From: an uncultured virus (IMG/VR IMGVR_UViG_3300032270_000355)
Lineage: Duplodnaviria; Heunggongvirae; Uroviricota; Caudoviricetes
IMG/VR virus record: IMGVR_UViG_3300032270_000355
Direction: 5' to 3' (one strand)
Length of the DNA stretch: 64,000 bases
In this document: in pieces, positions 9,143 through 18,389 of the stretch
Numbering within the stretch: the first letter of the stretch is position 1
How the letters are laid out: each line of letters begins with the position of its first letter
Notes under the pieces: model-generated
What the model was told of the DNA's origin: nothing
Database searches by the model: none
Seen by the model: the letters and a program-made list of their open reading frames with translations, nothing else
Translations under genes and position numbers: made by a program

Positions 9143-9279
9143 TCTTCAACTTTCACGATCTCAAATACATCATTGATACCCACTTTGGTATTAGAAAACT
9201 CTACAGCTTCTGTAAGAGTTTTAAAAATCTTAAATACTCTTTGATTGCTTCCAGCCATGTAATATTTCACTTTATACAT
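9139..9279 (-). CDS. Small hypothetical protein (46 aa)
   Basis: MYKVKYYMAGSNQRVFKIFKTLTEAVEFSNTKVGINDVFEIVKVEE; fills the gap exactly, with TAATG and ATGA coupling to both neighbours. Confidence 0.65.
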   Translation of the reverse strand: MYKVKYYMAGSNQRVFKIFKTLTEAVEFSNTKVGINDVFEIVKVEE

Positions 9280-10463
9280 TAGATAAAACCAACCCTTCTA
9301 GATGATGCAGTTGACATACCTTCAGTCTTTTGATTAAAGACTTCAGCAATGCTATATGCCTCAGTTTCTTTACCACGTGGGCGAACAGGGATAGTAACAC
9401 CAAGACGTTTAGCCAAGGTATTTGCTTGTTCAACATTCAATGTATCGAAAGTCAGAATGTCAAAGCAACGTCCTGGACGAACCAATGCAGAGTCAACATC
9501 ACGAATAGATGGAAGGTTAGTAGAAAAGATCATCTTCTTACCTTTAGTTGTAACAAGACCATCACCCACATTTAGGAAACGATGCATCATGGTGTTTCCA
9601 TCAGTGCGAGATTTTAAAAATGCATCGCTGTCTTCAAGAACCATTACGTTATCATCACTCTCAATAAAGCGAGCAAAGAAACCATCCTTCTCAAGAATCT
9701 GAGAATCGTATGAAACGATTGCTGATGAGTTTGTATGTGCTAACAATCCACGAATGAATGTAGTCTTACCAGTTCCAGGTGGACCAATTAACAGTAGGAT
9801 ATTCGCTGAGGACGCCATGTAGCGTTCATAATAATCACCAAGTGTTTCACCATCTAGGAATGGGTACATTTCATCGACAGGGAGACGATCACGATTCAGT
9901 GGTACATTGACAGAGTTACCATCACTACTATAAACCCATTCGATGTGAGATGTCACAATGTCAAAGTTAGATTCAACTGTCGCAACAATAGCATCTGCAA
10001 AATCTGCATCGCCATAAGCACGAACAGAAACAGTATTACTGTTCACATCAAAGCGAATGTAATTGTTTGTATCACGTTCAATGATAAGACCATTAGAGGA
10101 ATTACCTTGGACATGGAGGTCGTCTTTAAACATTTCCTCAGCCCATTCAGCCCATTGTTCTCGATTGCAGAGAACATTAGTCTCACGATGAACAGTGCGT
10201 TGTCCTGCTTCAACACGACGCTTCAGGATCTCTGAAGTGATCAGATCATCAAAGTCACTAACACCGAGAAAGATTTTTTCGTTTGTATTTTCGTTCATAA
10301 TTTTATTCAATGGAAATTGATTATCACTTGCATCCCAAGCAAATTTCTTGATAGTTCTTTTATTTACTTTGCTTCTGCGTCTCCGAATCGGAGGAAACTT
10401 GCGACTGCTCACTCTCACTCCTGTGCTCAATTCCGCTATCCAATCCTGTATCGATCGATTCAT
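9279..10463 (-). CDS. AAA family ATPase (single AAA domain, BCS1/FtsH-like SRH)
   Basis: Walker A GPPGTGKT, Walker B VMVLEDSD, FSTN, DSALVRPGR; start uncertain (10463 with GAGGT SD, or 10298). Confidence 0.85.
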   Translation of the reverse strand: MNRSIQDWIAELSTGVRVSSRKFPPIRRRRSKVNKRTIKKFAWDASDNQFPLNKIMNENTNEKIFLGVSDFDDLITSEILKRRVEAGQRTVHRETNVLCNREQWAEWAEEMFKDDLHVQGNSSNGLIIERDTNNYIRFDVNSNTVSVRAYGDADFADAIVATVESNFDIVTSHIEWVYSSDGNSVNVPLNRDRLPVDEMYPFLDGETLGDYYERYMASSANILLLIGPPGTGKTTFIRGLLAHTNSSAIVSYDSQILEKDGFFARFIESDDNVMVLEDSDAFLKSRTDGNTMMHRFLNVGDGLVTTKGKKMIFSTNLPSIRDVDSALVRPGRCFDILTFDTLNVEQANTLAKRLGVTIPVRPRGKETEAYSIAEVFNQKTEGMSTASSRRVGFI

Positions 10464-11001
10464 CTTTTACCTCATCATCTATAAATGCGTTCAATGTATT
10501 TTCCATTTTTTTCTTTGCAGCCTTTTCTTTCTTACGATCGATAAAGTCATCAAAGGTATGATTGTTCTGCATAAAATCTAAATATGCATTCTTAAATTCA
10601 CCTGTCTCATCTTGATCCTGTAACTCGAACATCTCGAATGGCATGTCCTGAATCAACTTACCTTTAATGTAAGACTGTTTCTTTTCCTTGGCAATCCTAC
10701 GAAGAAATGCATAGTAGATAATCTGTGTAAAATATGCGAAAGGATTGTTAGATTTTGCAGGATCAAAGTTATTAATATATTGCAGACAATTTTCTATACC
10801 ATCTGAGATCATTTCATCTCGATAAGAGTAGTTTAGAAAGTTAGGTTTATATGATAAGTGCGTTGCTATCTTTAGAATGCACTCACCGATATAATTACTT
10901 ACTTGGGGTGTTGGGAGATTGTTTTCTTTTGCATGTTGATATTTTTGTCGCATCTCAACAATTGCTGCTAGAAAATCTGCGTTGTTTACGTAGTGAGCCA
11001 T
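10360..11001 (-). CDS. gp55: Late-transcription sigma factor (gp55)
   Basis: HYVNNADF, YIGECILKIATHLSYKPNF, MISDGIENCLQY, NPFAYFTQIIYYAFLRRIAKEKKQ. Confidence 0.97.
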   Translation of the reverse strand: MAHYVNNADFLAAIVEMRQKYQHAKENNLPTPQVSNYIGECILKIATHLSYKPNFLNYSYRDEMISDGIENCLQYINNFDPAKSNNPFAYFTQIIYYAFLRRIAKEKKQSYIKGKLIQDMPFEMFELQDQDETGEFKNAYLDFMQNNHTFDDFIDRKKEKAAKKKMENTLNAFIDDEVKDESIDTGLDSGIEHRSESEQSQVSSDSETQKQSK

Positions 11002-11036
11002 AGCATTTCTTTTATCCTTTAATTCAAACTACACAT

Positions 11037-11065
11037 AGTATACATCATCGATAACAGAAAGACAA
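11037..11065 (-). promoter_or_regulatory. Sigma70-type promoter for gp55
   Basis: TTGTCT-N17-TATACT with extended TG. Confidence 0.7.
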
Positions 11066-11089
11066 ATATATTTTTATTACAATTTAGAT

Positions 11090-11118
11090 TTGCTTTTATA
11101 GTTGACTTGAGACATAAT
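11090..11118 (+). promoter_or_regulatory. Possible divergent (antisense) sigma70-type promoter
   Basis: Plus strand TTGCTT-N17-CATAAT, back-to-back with the gp55 promoter. Confidence 0.35.
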
Positions 11119-11144
11119 CACTGTGTTAGGGTTGATGATGACTA

Positions 11145-11597
11145 CTAATGTTTAGTCTCGTTACCATCTATGTAAGTACTTGGTATCGAAGTATCTTCAA
11201 CTTCTTCCTCTTCTTCTCCAGCTATACCTACCAACATAGCGATTCTTTTCTTGGCTTCCCTAGAACTAATAAATGGTTCTTCCTGCTCAGGCTTTTCGAT
11301 TCGCCAATCATTGCTATGTTGGGCAACAATACGTCTATAATGAGGGATCATCATTTCGTGTAGACGTTTGATAAACATTACGTTTTTCTTTTCTATAGAA
11401 AAAGATGTATCATCTGTGAATTGGCAATATGGATGCGCAGTGATATGTTCTCTTCCCTCACCAACTATTGGTGTAGTTCTTATAGTCATTGGACTACCAA
11501 GTTGCACATACTTATCATCTTCTTCTTCGAGGACAGCCATGACCTGTTCCCCATTGGTTAACTTTATAACAACGTAGACATCTTTGTCTGTTAGCAT
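11145..11597 (-). CDS. Conserved hypothetical protein downstream of uvsW (Sm-like N-terminal fold suspected)
   Basis: VVIKLTNGEQVMA start, typical of T4-like Sm-like ORFs; acidic tail. Confidence 0.65.
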   Translation of the reverse strand: MLTDKDVYVVIKLTNGEQVMAVLEEEDDKYVQLGSPMTIRTTPIVGEGREHITAHPYCQFTDDTSFSIEKKNVMFIKRLHEMMIPHYRRIVAQHSNDWRIEKPEQEEPFISSREAKKRIAMLVGIAGEEEEEVEDTSIPSTYIDGNETKH

Positions 11598-13075
11598 AAG
11601 TCTACCTCTACTATTTTTGTTTTAAATTGTTCTTCTGCATACGTTTTGTATCTTTCTGCAGCATGATTTAAAGTATGATTCTTCCAAGACTTCCAATGAA
11701 GATCGTCTGCAAGATCAAATAGATTACAAGAAGTCTTACCTTCCTTTAAACGCAACCCACGACCAATTGATTGTAGGTTACGAATCTTTGATTTAGATGG
11801 AGATGCAAAGATTACATTCTCCAATGATGGGATATTAATTCCAGTACTAAAAGTACCAAAAGAAGCAATAATAATGGCGTCACTTTCCCCTTCAGTTATA
11901 TGACGAATTGCTTCTCGATCAGTGGTTTCAGTGCCACCATAAACGAAGAATACTTTCCTCTTATCGTGTACTTTATCTTTAATAAGTTCGTATAGGACTT
12001 TGCCATGCTTTTCAACGTATTGAAAAAGAACGAGCGTATTACCTTTAGAATTTACTGCCAAGTTTCGGATAAACTTATTTCTTGGTTCACAAGATACAAG
12101 CCAATCCATTTCTTCTTGGTACGTATTATTTTTTCGCCCTTTACGAATCTCTTCATTGTACTTCAGTATTACACACATTATATTTAGGGTAGACAACCTT
12201 CCAGAATCCATGAGTGCTTTAGTTGTAGTAACTCTATGTATTGGACCAAAGACACCTTCAAGAACTAATTTATGAATTTTCTTATTGTCAAGTGTTCCAG
12301 TTGTGCCAATACGATACTTGACTGTATCCATCTTTTCCATAACACCAGTAAGAGATTTTGCTTTAAACTGATGAGCCTCATCACCAAAGATAACATCGAA
12401 TTGTCTGAACCAAGATTTTGGTTGTAGATAGACTGACTGCCAAGTTGTTACTAAAACATCTTTGGTAAAGTCTTTAGTAAAACCACTATAGAGTTTTTGA
12501 CAATGAACTTTTGTTTCCCATCCATTTGCAGATGAGTAATCTTCAAAGTCTGTGTACAGTTGCTCAACAAGAGATGTTGTTGGAACTATAATGATACACT
12601 TACGATTATTTTCTAAATGCCATCGTAAGATAGAATAGATTATTAACGATTTCCCTGAAGCAGTCGGCGATAAGAGTAGTACTCTGTCACTAGCAATTGC
12701 TTTATGGATAGCATCGCACTGGTAGTCTCTGACTGTGATCGCTTCGTTTCTTGATTGTGGATTGAGTGTTTCGACCCATCGCTCAATGTCACTGTATACG
12801 ATATCATTTTGTAAGAAGTGTTCAGGTTTGACATATTGTAGTTCATAATTATTCCTTTCAGCAAATTCTTGTACATAAGAAACAAGACCAACATAAAGAG
12901 TTTTTCTTACAGCATCATACAAACGCACTTTTCCATCCCACAATCTTGCTCGATATTGTGGTGTAAATCTAGCACCTGGATATTCGTATGTGAAGAAGTC
13001 TACTAATTCTTGTTCAATGCTAGGATCAGAAAAGACACGAACATAGACTTCATCAAGTTTTTCAATTTTAATCAT
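11591..13075 (-). CDS. uvsW: DNA helicase UvsW (SF2)
   Basis: WDGKVRLY, SPTASGKS, DEAH, GTTGT, STGINI, QSIGRGLR; start at 13075 is coupled (TAATG) to the uvsY stop. Confidence 0.95.
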   Translation of the reverse strand: MIKIEKLDEVYVRVFSDPSIEQELVDFFTYEYPGARFTPQYRARLWDGKVRLYDAVRKTLYVGLVSYVQEFAERNNYELQYVKPEHFLQNDIVYSDIERWVETLNPQSRNEAITVRDYQCDAIHKAIASDRVLLLSPTASGKSLIIYSILRWHLENNRKCIIIVPTTSLVEQLYTDFEDYSSANGWETKVHCQKLYSGFTKDFTKDVLVTTWQSVYLQPKSWFRQFDVIFGDEAHQFKAKSLTGVMEKMDTVKYRIGTTGTLDNKKIHKLVLEGVFGPIHRVTTTKALMDSGRLSTLNIMCVILKYNEEIRKGRKNNTYQEEMDWLVSCEPRNKFIRNLAVNSKGNTLVLFQYVEKHGKVLYELIKDKVHDKRKVFFVYGGTETTDREAIRHITEGESDAIIIASFGTFSTGINIPSLENVIFASPSKSKIRNLQSIGRGLRLKEGKTSCNLFDLADDLHWKSWKNHTLNHAAERYKTYAEEQFKTKIVEVDLC

Positions 13076-13512
13076 TACATCCCAGCAAGAAACTTCTTCC
13101 ATTCAACAGCAGTTTTAATTTGCCAGTCTCTTGCTTTAATTTGCCCAAGGACTGACTCAAGAAAATAAATCATCGTTTCGAGATAATCTATCTTTACCTT
13201 CAAAGTATTTAGTTCGGTGTCACCTGAGAGAAATTCATCCATCTCATTCTTCAATGGTTTAACACCTTGCCACTGTTCCCAACCAAGTTGTGTTAGTTCA
13301 TCACGTGATAATTCACCACGATACAAACGAAATTTATTTTTACGGAGAATGTTACAATCAGAACTAAACTTAGTGTGTTTTAGTTTGACATTGACAAGTA
13401 ATTTTAAATACTTAGCGTGAAGTTTGGGCGTAGCGGTAGTAGTCTCACCAAGAAAGTTATCATCTATCTGGCAATCAACATCCCACATCTCTTGTAGTTG
13501 TTCTATATTCAT
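13075..13512 (-). CDS. uvsY: Recombination mediator UvsY
   Basis: LHAKYL ... RDWQIKTAVEWKKFLAG; lies between gp3 and uvsW. Confidence 0.9.
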   Translation of the reverse strand: MNIEQLQEMWDVDCQIDDNFLGETTTATPKLHAKYLKLLVNVKLKHTKFSSDCNILRKNKFRLYRGELSRDELTQLGWEQWQGVKPLKNEMDEFLSGDTELNTLKVKIDYLETMIYFLESVLGQIKARDWQIKTAVEWKKFLAGM

Positions 13513-13537
13513 AATATCCTCAAGTTATATACTGCAC

Positions 13538-13566
13538 ATTATATCGCAGTATTACAAAAAAATCAA
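13538..13566 (-). promoter_or_regulatory. Sigma70-type promoter for uvsY-uvsW
   Basis: TTGATT-N17-TATAAT. Confidence 0.7.
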
Positions 13567-13573
13567 ATTTGTC

Positions 13574-14095
13574 TTACAAGAATCTATACCAACCGAATTT
13601 AAATGTTGCAGAACCAACTAGATAATTCACATCATCGTTTGTAGATGCAAACGAAAGAGATTCAAGTGTTGTAGGAAACACATCAAAGAATTGGATACTT
13701 TGTATTGGATTATTTGAACTGTCTAAAATTTGTAGAACAGCATCAGAATAGTTCTTTGCCAATTCACCATATGCAGTGGTATCCCCTGCCTGACCAGTAA
13801 CATACTGATCATAACTTTCTGGGAAACCAAGAGCAACAATCCAATTGTAGATGATTCTATAATTAGTCATATTCTCGTCAACCATAAAGTTAATGGTTAA
13901 TTGATCATACGATAGAGTATCACCTGGAACTGGTTGTGTGGAGAATGGAGTGGCAAATGTAGGTTCACCCAACGTGATTCCTGGAAGGTTTACATTCTGT
14001 GCAAAGAATGTAACATCAGGTATTTTGTTGATAGCAAACTTAAACCCATTGGGAGACAATGGATTGATATTGGCAGGTATAGATGTATTTGGCAT
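13574..14095 (-). CDS. gp3: Tail completion / sheath stabiliser (gp3-like)
   Basis: NPLSPNGFKF, NLPGITLG, PGDTLSYDQLTINFMVDENMTNY, FPTTL. Confidence 0.88.
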   Translation of the reverse strand: MPNTSIPANINPLSPNGFKFAINKIPDVTFFAQNVNLPGITLGEPTFATPFSTQPVPGDTLSYDQLTINFMVDENMTNYRIIYNWIVALGFPESYDQYVTGQAGDTTAYGELAKNYSDAVLQILDSSNNPIQSIQFFDVFPTTLESLSFASTNDDVNYLVGSATFKFGWYRFL

Positions 14096-14100
14096 ATAAT

Positions 14101-14108
14101 TATTTAGG
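14101..14108 (-). promoter_or_regulatory. Late (gp55-type) promoter box CCTAAATA
   Basis: NNTAAATA immediately upstream of gp3; the same box recurs before many structural genes. Confidence 0.6.
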
Positions 14109-14112
14109 AATG

Positions 14113-14140
14113 AAAAAAGGGAGATCCGAAGATCTCCCTT
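14113..14140 (-). terminator. Terminator after the major capsid gene
   Basis: AAGGGAGATC-TTCG-GATCTCCCTT plus T-run (UUCG tetraloop). Confidence 0.9.
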
Positions 14141-14167
14141 GAAGTACCTATCTTACGTAGGTTTCGA

Positions 14168-15457
14168 TTACATTAGGTTAGTAACCTTAACACGACGATA
14201 GTAGTAGTTTTCGTTTGCAGTCAAACCACCAGTACCATCCAATGAAACGAATGGGTTAGCAACTAGACCGTAACGAGTCTTGAAGCCAATCTTTGGTTGG
14301 AAGCTGCTTGGATCAACCGCACGAACCAACTGTAGTGGAACGTATGGGCAATAGAACAAACCAGCATCAAAAGCGGATGCGCCTTTGTAACCAGCAACGA
14401 AGAACTGAGTGTTGCTTACGTTTGAAGTATATGGATCAACATACACTTTGTACTTGCCGTTTAGAACACCAGCGAAAGTAGTAGAAGTGTCATCTACATT
14501 CAATGCGTTCTTACCAGTGATACCAGAAGAATAGTCAAGAACACCAGCCATCGCCAATGCAGACGCTACGTCAGCAGAAGTGATGAGGAAGTTCGCACGA
14601 CCACGACGAGTTTGTTGACCGATAGCATTGGCTTCACGTTCGATTTGGAACATTAGACCTTTGAATTTTTCAACAGACCAACGACCATTAGAGTCAACGT
14701 CCAAGTCGAAAGTACCAGCAGTAGCTGTACCAACTGCAGCACCTGGTTTAGCAGTGTTGTAGATTGTACGGATAACTTCACGGTTGATTTCAGCAAGAAT
14801 TTCTGTAGAAAGAATGTTGCTCAATTCGCCTTCAGCGTCAAGACCATGAACTGATTTCAAGTCTTGTGCTAGTTCGATAGAGTATTCTGCCTTCAAAGCA
14901 CGAGTCTTTGCAGTTACAGAAGTCTTTTCGATGCTGAATGCCATCTCACCGAAAGTACCACCACCAGAAGTACCTAGTGCTTCAGCGTTAGCTGTAGTAA
15001 TACCAGTACCATTAGTGTCAGAACCAGCAAAAGCAGTAGCACCAGAGTGAGTGCCAGTACCAGAGAAGTCAGTATCTGCTTCGTTGAACAACGCTTCAGT
15101 ACCACCTTGAGTGCTATAACGTGACTTCATTGCGAAGATCAAGCCAGTTGGCTGAGTCATTGGTTGAACACCAGCAACATCATAAGCGATAAGTTGTGGC
15201 ATTGCACGACGAACCAAGCTGATCAATACTGGATCAAACTTAGCGATACCGCCAGTGTCACCATATGAACCAACGCTGTTTGTTGGAGCAGCTTCGTTCA
15301 ATGCGCCAACTTGCTCATTGTACTTATACTGTTCACGTTCTTGGTTTTCCAAAAGAACTGCTGTAACTTCCTTACGGTAGTTATCTTTAATTGGGCTTGA
15401 ACCTTCGTGGTTCAATACTGGAGCCCATTTCTCCATTAATTGTTTACGGTCTAACAT
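14168..15457 (-). CDS. gp23: Major capsid protein (gp23)
   Basis: LLENQE, PVLISLVRR, GVQPM, RALKAEYSIELAQDLKSVHGLDAE, YCPYVPL, FQPKIGFKTRYG. Confidence 0.98.
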   Translation of the reverse strand: MLDRKQLMEKWAPVLNHEGSSPIKDNYRKEVTAVLLENQEREQYKYNEQVGALNEAAPTNSVGSYGDTGGIAKFDPVLISLVRRAMPQLIAYDVAGVQPMTQPTGLIFAMKSRYSTQGGTEALFNEADTDFSGTGTHSGATAFAGSDTNGTGITTANAEALGTSGGGTFGEMAFSIEKTSVTAKTRALKAEYSIELAQDLKSVHGLDAEGELSNILSTEILAEINREVIRTIYNTAKPGAAVGTATAGTFDLDVDSNGRWSVEKFKGLMFQIEREANAIGQQTRRGRANFLITSADVASALAMAGVLDYSSGITGKNALNVDDTSTTFAGVLNGKYKVYVDPYTSNVSNTQFFVAGYKGASAFDAGLFYCPYVPLQLVRAVDPSSFQPKIGFKTRYGLVANPFVSLDGTGGLTANENYYYRRVKVTNLM

Positions 15458-15470
15458 AGTTAGTTTTCCT

Positions 15471-16472
15471 TTATTTGTTGAGTGCGGATAGATATTGTGC
15501 CATTACAGGATCAACTGCTTTCGCTTTTGACTCTGTTAACACTTCTACTGGAGCATCAGTTACTACTGATTTAACTTCAGTTAACTGCTTGGCAGTAAAA
15601 TAACTTTCACGAATAGTTTTTAGTTTAGTTTCGAATGATTCAGAATCTTCAAAAGCGATTTCTTTTGCTAGAGAAAGAAACTTTTCAGTCTCAGTATCTG
15701 TCAAACCTTCGCTTACTGTACCAACGATTTCAGCACGTTTTGCTTCTGCTAGAGTTTTTGTCAACTCAACATTAACTTCAACTTGCTCGTTAATTTTAGA
15801 TTCTAATTCAGCAATTTTATTTTCCATCTCACCAAGAACATCGAAACGCTCTTCTGGGATATCGATATAATGCTCTTCAAATAGTCCTTTCAGACCATTC
15901 ACGAAACCTTCGAGAATTTCAGATTTCATGCCTTGCTCTAGGGCGATTTCATTTTGTGCCATCCACTGCTCAGCCATATAGCCGAGGTATCCATCAACTT
16001 GTTCAACAATTCCCTGTGTATTCTGCTCAACTTGCTCAGCAAGTTTTGCTTCGAATTCTTCTTGAATACGTGCAGCTTCTTCAGCGACACGTGCCAATAC
16101 AGCTGCTTCAAAAATAGTAGCTGCTTTGGTTTTAAATTCTTCTGTTAGTTCTGCATCACCCAACATTGCATCAATGTCTTCTTTCATTGGGCGAACTGGT
16201 TTCTGATCTCCATTGTGTGGATTCATTTTACCAGTAGGTGCATTTTCTGCATCTTTTTCGTCTTGTACGTTGTTACGTGCATTGTCTGGGTTTGGTGTTT
16301 CACCACCATTAGGTACAGTATTCTGTGCAGTGCGGATAGGTGTTTGATCACCAGCCTGTGCACCATCTTTACCCGAATCTTGACCACCTTCTTTACCTGC
16401 AACTTTAAATTCGTCTAATTTTTGTTTCTTAGACTCTGCTAAAATTTCAGCGATTTTTTGTTCGATTGACAT
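15471..16472 (-). CDS. gp22: Prohead core scaffolding protein (gp22)
   Basis: FKTKAATIFEAAV, VDGYLGY, LFEEHYIDIPEE; position between gp21 and gp23. Confidence 0.92.
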   Translation of the reverse strand: MSIEQKIAEILAESKKQKLDEFKVAGKEGGQDSGKDGAQAGDQTPIRTAQNTVPNGGETPNPDNARNNVQDEKDAENAPTGKMNPHNGDQKPVRPMKEDIDAMLGDAELTEEFKTKAATIFEAAVLARVAEEAARIQEEFEAKLAEQVEQNTQGIVEQVDGYLGYMAEQWMAQNEIALEQGMKSEILEGFVNGLKGLFEEHYIDIPEERFDVLGEMENKIAELESKINEQVEVNVELTKTLAEAKRAEIVGTVSEGLTDTETEKFLSLAKEIAFEDSESFETKLKTIRESYFTAKQLTEVKSVVTDAPVEVLTESKAKAVDPVMAQYLSALNK

Positions 16473-16501
16473 CGTTATTCTCCTAACTTGGATAGTTCTG
16501 T

Positions 16502-16520
16502 TATTTATTTATTATTTATC
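16502..16520 (-). promoter_or_regulatory. Late promoter boxes (GATAAATA, AATAAATA) upstream of gp22
   Basis: Tandem TAAATA boxes. Confidence 0.55.
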
Positions 16521-17172
16521 TGATTTTACTCAGAAAGCGTTGGAAAGCCTGCACCTTTGCTTCCTCTAGATTTCTAGAAGAAGTCTTTTTAATAAAGGAT
16601 TTAACCTCTTCAATATGTTGTTCCACAAACTTTCCATCGACAAATATCCACTCTTTGTTCTCCATGATGCCTCTGACGTATGCGTCAGGAGCAGATGGAT
16701 CAGCCACAATGTCTGCAGCTGTAGACAACATAAAGTCATCTTGAACTACCTGAACCCCCTCATTGTTTTGTTTGAGAGAACCCATTGCTCTACTTGATAC
16801 TCCAAGATTTGCACCGCCATCTAATAGACCACGTGCAATATTACCCATTGGAGTTTCTAAAATCTTAGCACGACCAATATAGTTTGTGCCTTCTTTACGC
16901 AGTGAAGTGATCATGTGTGATACACGATCAAGGTTAATACCTGGACCATCTGGATGACCAAGTTCGCCATAAGCACGATTCATTTCAACGGCTTCTTTAA
17001 GATAGCGACCAACTTCTTTGTCCATTGTACCTTCTTTGTACATACGACCATTACGGTTTACTAGTTCTGATTGAAGGAAGATGCCTTCAATAAAGTATTG
17101 TTTTGGTTTACCAAGACCTTTATCTTCAACGATAAATTTAGTGTCTTGAACTTCTTCTCTAATTAGTTTCAT
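16516..17172 (-). CDS. gp21: Prohead protease (gp21)
   Basis: IEGIFLQ, NRNGRMY, GELGHP, GVSSRAMGS, DIVADPSAPDA. Confidence 0.96.
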   Translation of the reverse strand: MKLIREEVQDTKFIVEDKGLGKPKQYFIEGIFLQSELVNRNGRMYKEGTMDKEVGRYLKEAVEMNRAYGELGHPDGPGINLDRVSHMITSLRKEGTNYIGRAKILETPMGNIARGLLDGGANLGVSSRAMGSLKQNNEGVQVVQDDFMLSTAADIVADPSAPDAYVRGIMENKEWIFVDGKFVEQHIEEVKSFIKKTSSRNLEEAKVQAFQRFLSKIR

Positions 17173-17174
17173 AG

Positions 17175-17639
17175 TTAGACCTTATCTGGAGAACCACTGA
17201 CAGTGGTAGAAGCACCAACACGAGTAACGTCGTCGTAAGCACCGTAAACTTCATTCTCAACTTTAGTAGCCCAACCAGCAACTTTACGTAGAACTAGATA
17301 ACCAGTTGACGCAGCACCTGTTGTTGTGATAACAATATTAGAAGTATTCTGAATGTTATCGCTAATACCATATATTGTTAGATCCACAGTTGGAGCATTT
17401 TCTGGCGCAGCTGCAAGAACTGAAACGCCATTTCTTACAATTTGAACACCAGAAGTTAGTAAACCAGTAGCGATAAACTTAACAATGTTTACTGTTGGAG
17501 TGTCTGAATTTCTTGCTTGGGTAGTAGCAGCTAACGTAGAGATATCAATAGTTGCGGCAGTGTCAGTTGAACTACCTTCATACTTAATGATAGTCTCTTG
17601 GTTTGTATTTCTAATTATTGTGGTTCTAGTGGCAGCCAT
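17175..17639 (-). CDS. Hypothetical protein in the head module (probably virion-associated)
   Basis: 154 aa, Thr-rich and beta-rich; tightly packed in the head operon. Confidence 0.6.
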   Translation of the reverse strand: MAATRTTIIRNTNQETIIKYEGSSTDTAATIDISTLAATTQARNSDTPTVNIVKFIATGLLTSGVQIVRNGVSVLAAAPENAPTVDLTIYGISDNIQNTSNIVITTTGAASTGYLVLRKVAGWATKVENEVYGAYDDVTRVGASTTVSGSPDKV

Positions 17640-17640
17640 T

Positions 17641-18186
17641 TTATTCCTCTATTTGTTCAAGCACATGACAGAAGTTCTCTTTTGACTCTCTCATGTACTC
17701 GATAATCTCTGGTTGATTACCTAATAACTTATTTAGGTGATCTTGCGTTTGCTGATTAATTGCAACAATAGTTTCATCGGCAAGCACGTAGTGTAATTTA
17801 CCTTCAACGATTCTATCAAGTTTATTCAAAGAACGAATATTCTGAACAACTGGGTCTACATTAAAAATGTTGGAAGAAGCAAGTTTAATATATGTTTCTA
17901 TTAACGTATCTGTAACTTTTACATCATGGTATTCTTTGATAATACTAGCGACTTTTTCATCTGATAATTCGTCGTATGATTCTTTTGATACTTGTTCTTC
18001 TAATTTTTGCGAGATATATTCTTGTTTGATAAAATCTTTTGCTTCTTCCAAACTTTTATACTTTGACTCTACACCATTAATCAAAATCTTATTTTCTGAT
18101 GTTCTTTCAATCAGATGTGAGTAAGATCTAATGCTTTCGACAACATCAGATCTTTTTAGAGATTTTGTTAATTGATAGTAACGCAT
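17641..18186 (-). CDS. Hypothetical head-module protein (prohead core, gp68 position)
   Basis: 181 aa, Glu/Lys-rich; identified by position only. Confidence 0.55.
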   Translation of the reverse strand: MRYYQLTKSLKRSDVVESIRSYSHLIERTSENKILINGVESKYKSLEEAKDFIKQEYISQKLEEQVSKESYDELSDEKVASIIKEYHDVKVTDTLIETYIKLASSNIFNVDPVVQNIRSLNKLDRIVEGKLHYVLADETIVAINQQTQDHLNKLLGNQPEIIEYMRESKENFCHVLEQIEE

Positions 18187-18389
18187 TATTCGGTTTCTGT
18201 TTCTGCGGTTGGCTCTTCAGTAGATACTTCTACCTCTTTAGTTTTAAACATACTTTGTGCTACGTCTTGACGCATACTGTCTAATCTAGCAGAAATCTTT
18301 TCTGCCATTGCTGCTTGAAATGCAGCCTCTGTTCCAATTGCATCTTTGGCTTGAATCGCATCTACTAAATTTTTCACTGTTTCACTCAT
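18186..18389 (-). CDS. Prohead core protein (gp67-like)
   Basis: Small acidic helical protein directly after the portal gene (AFQAAMAEKISARLD...VAQSMF). Confidence 0.65.
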   Translation of the reverse strand: MSETVKNLVDAIQAKDAIGTEAAFQAAMAEKISARLDSMRQDVAQSMFKTKEVEVSTEEPTAETETE

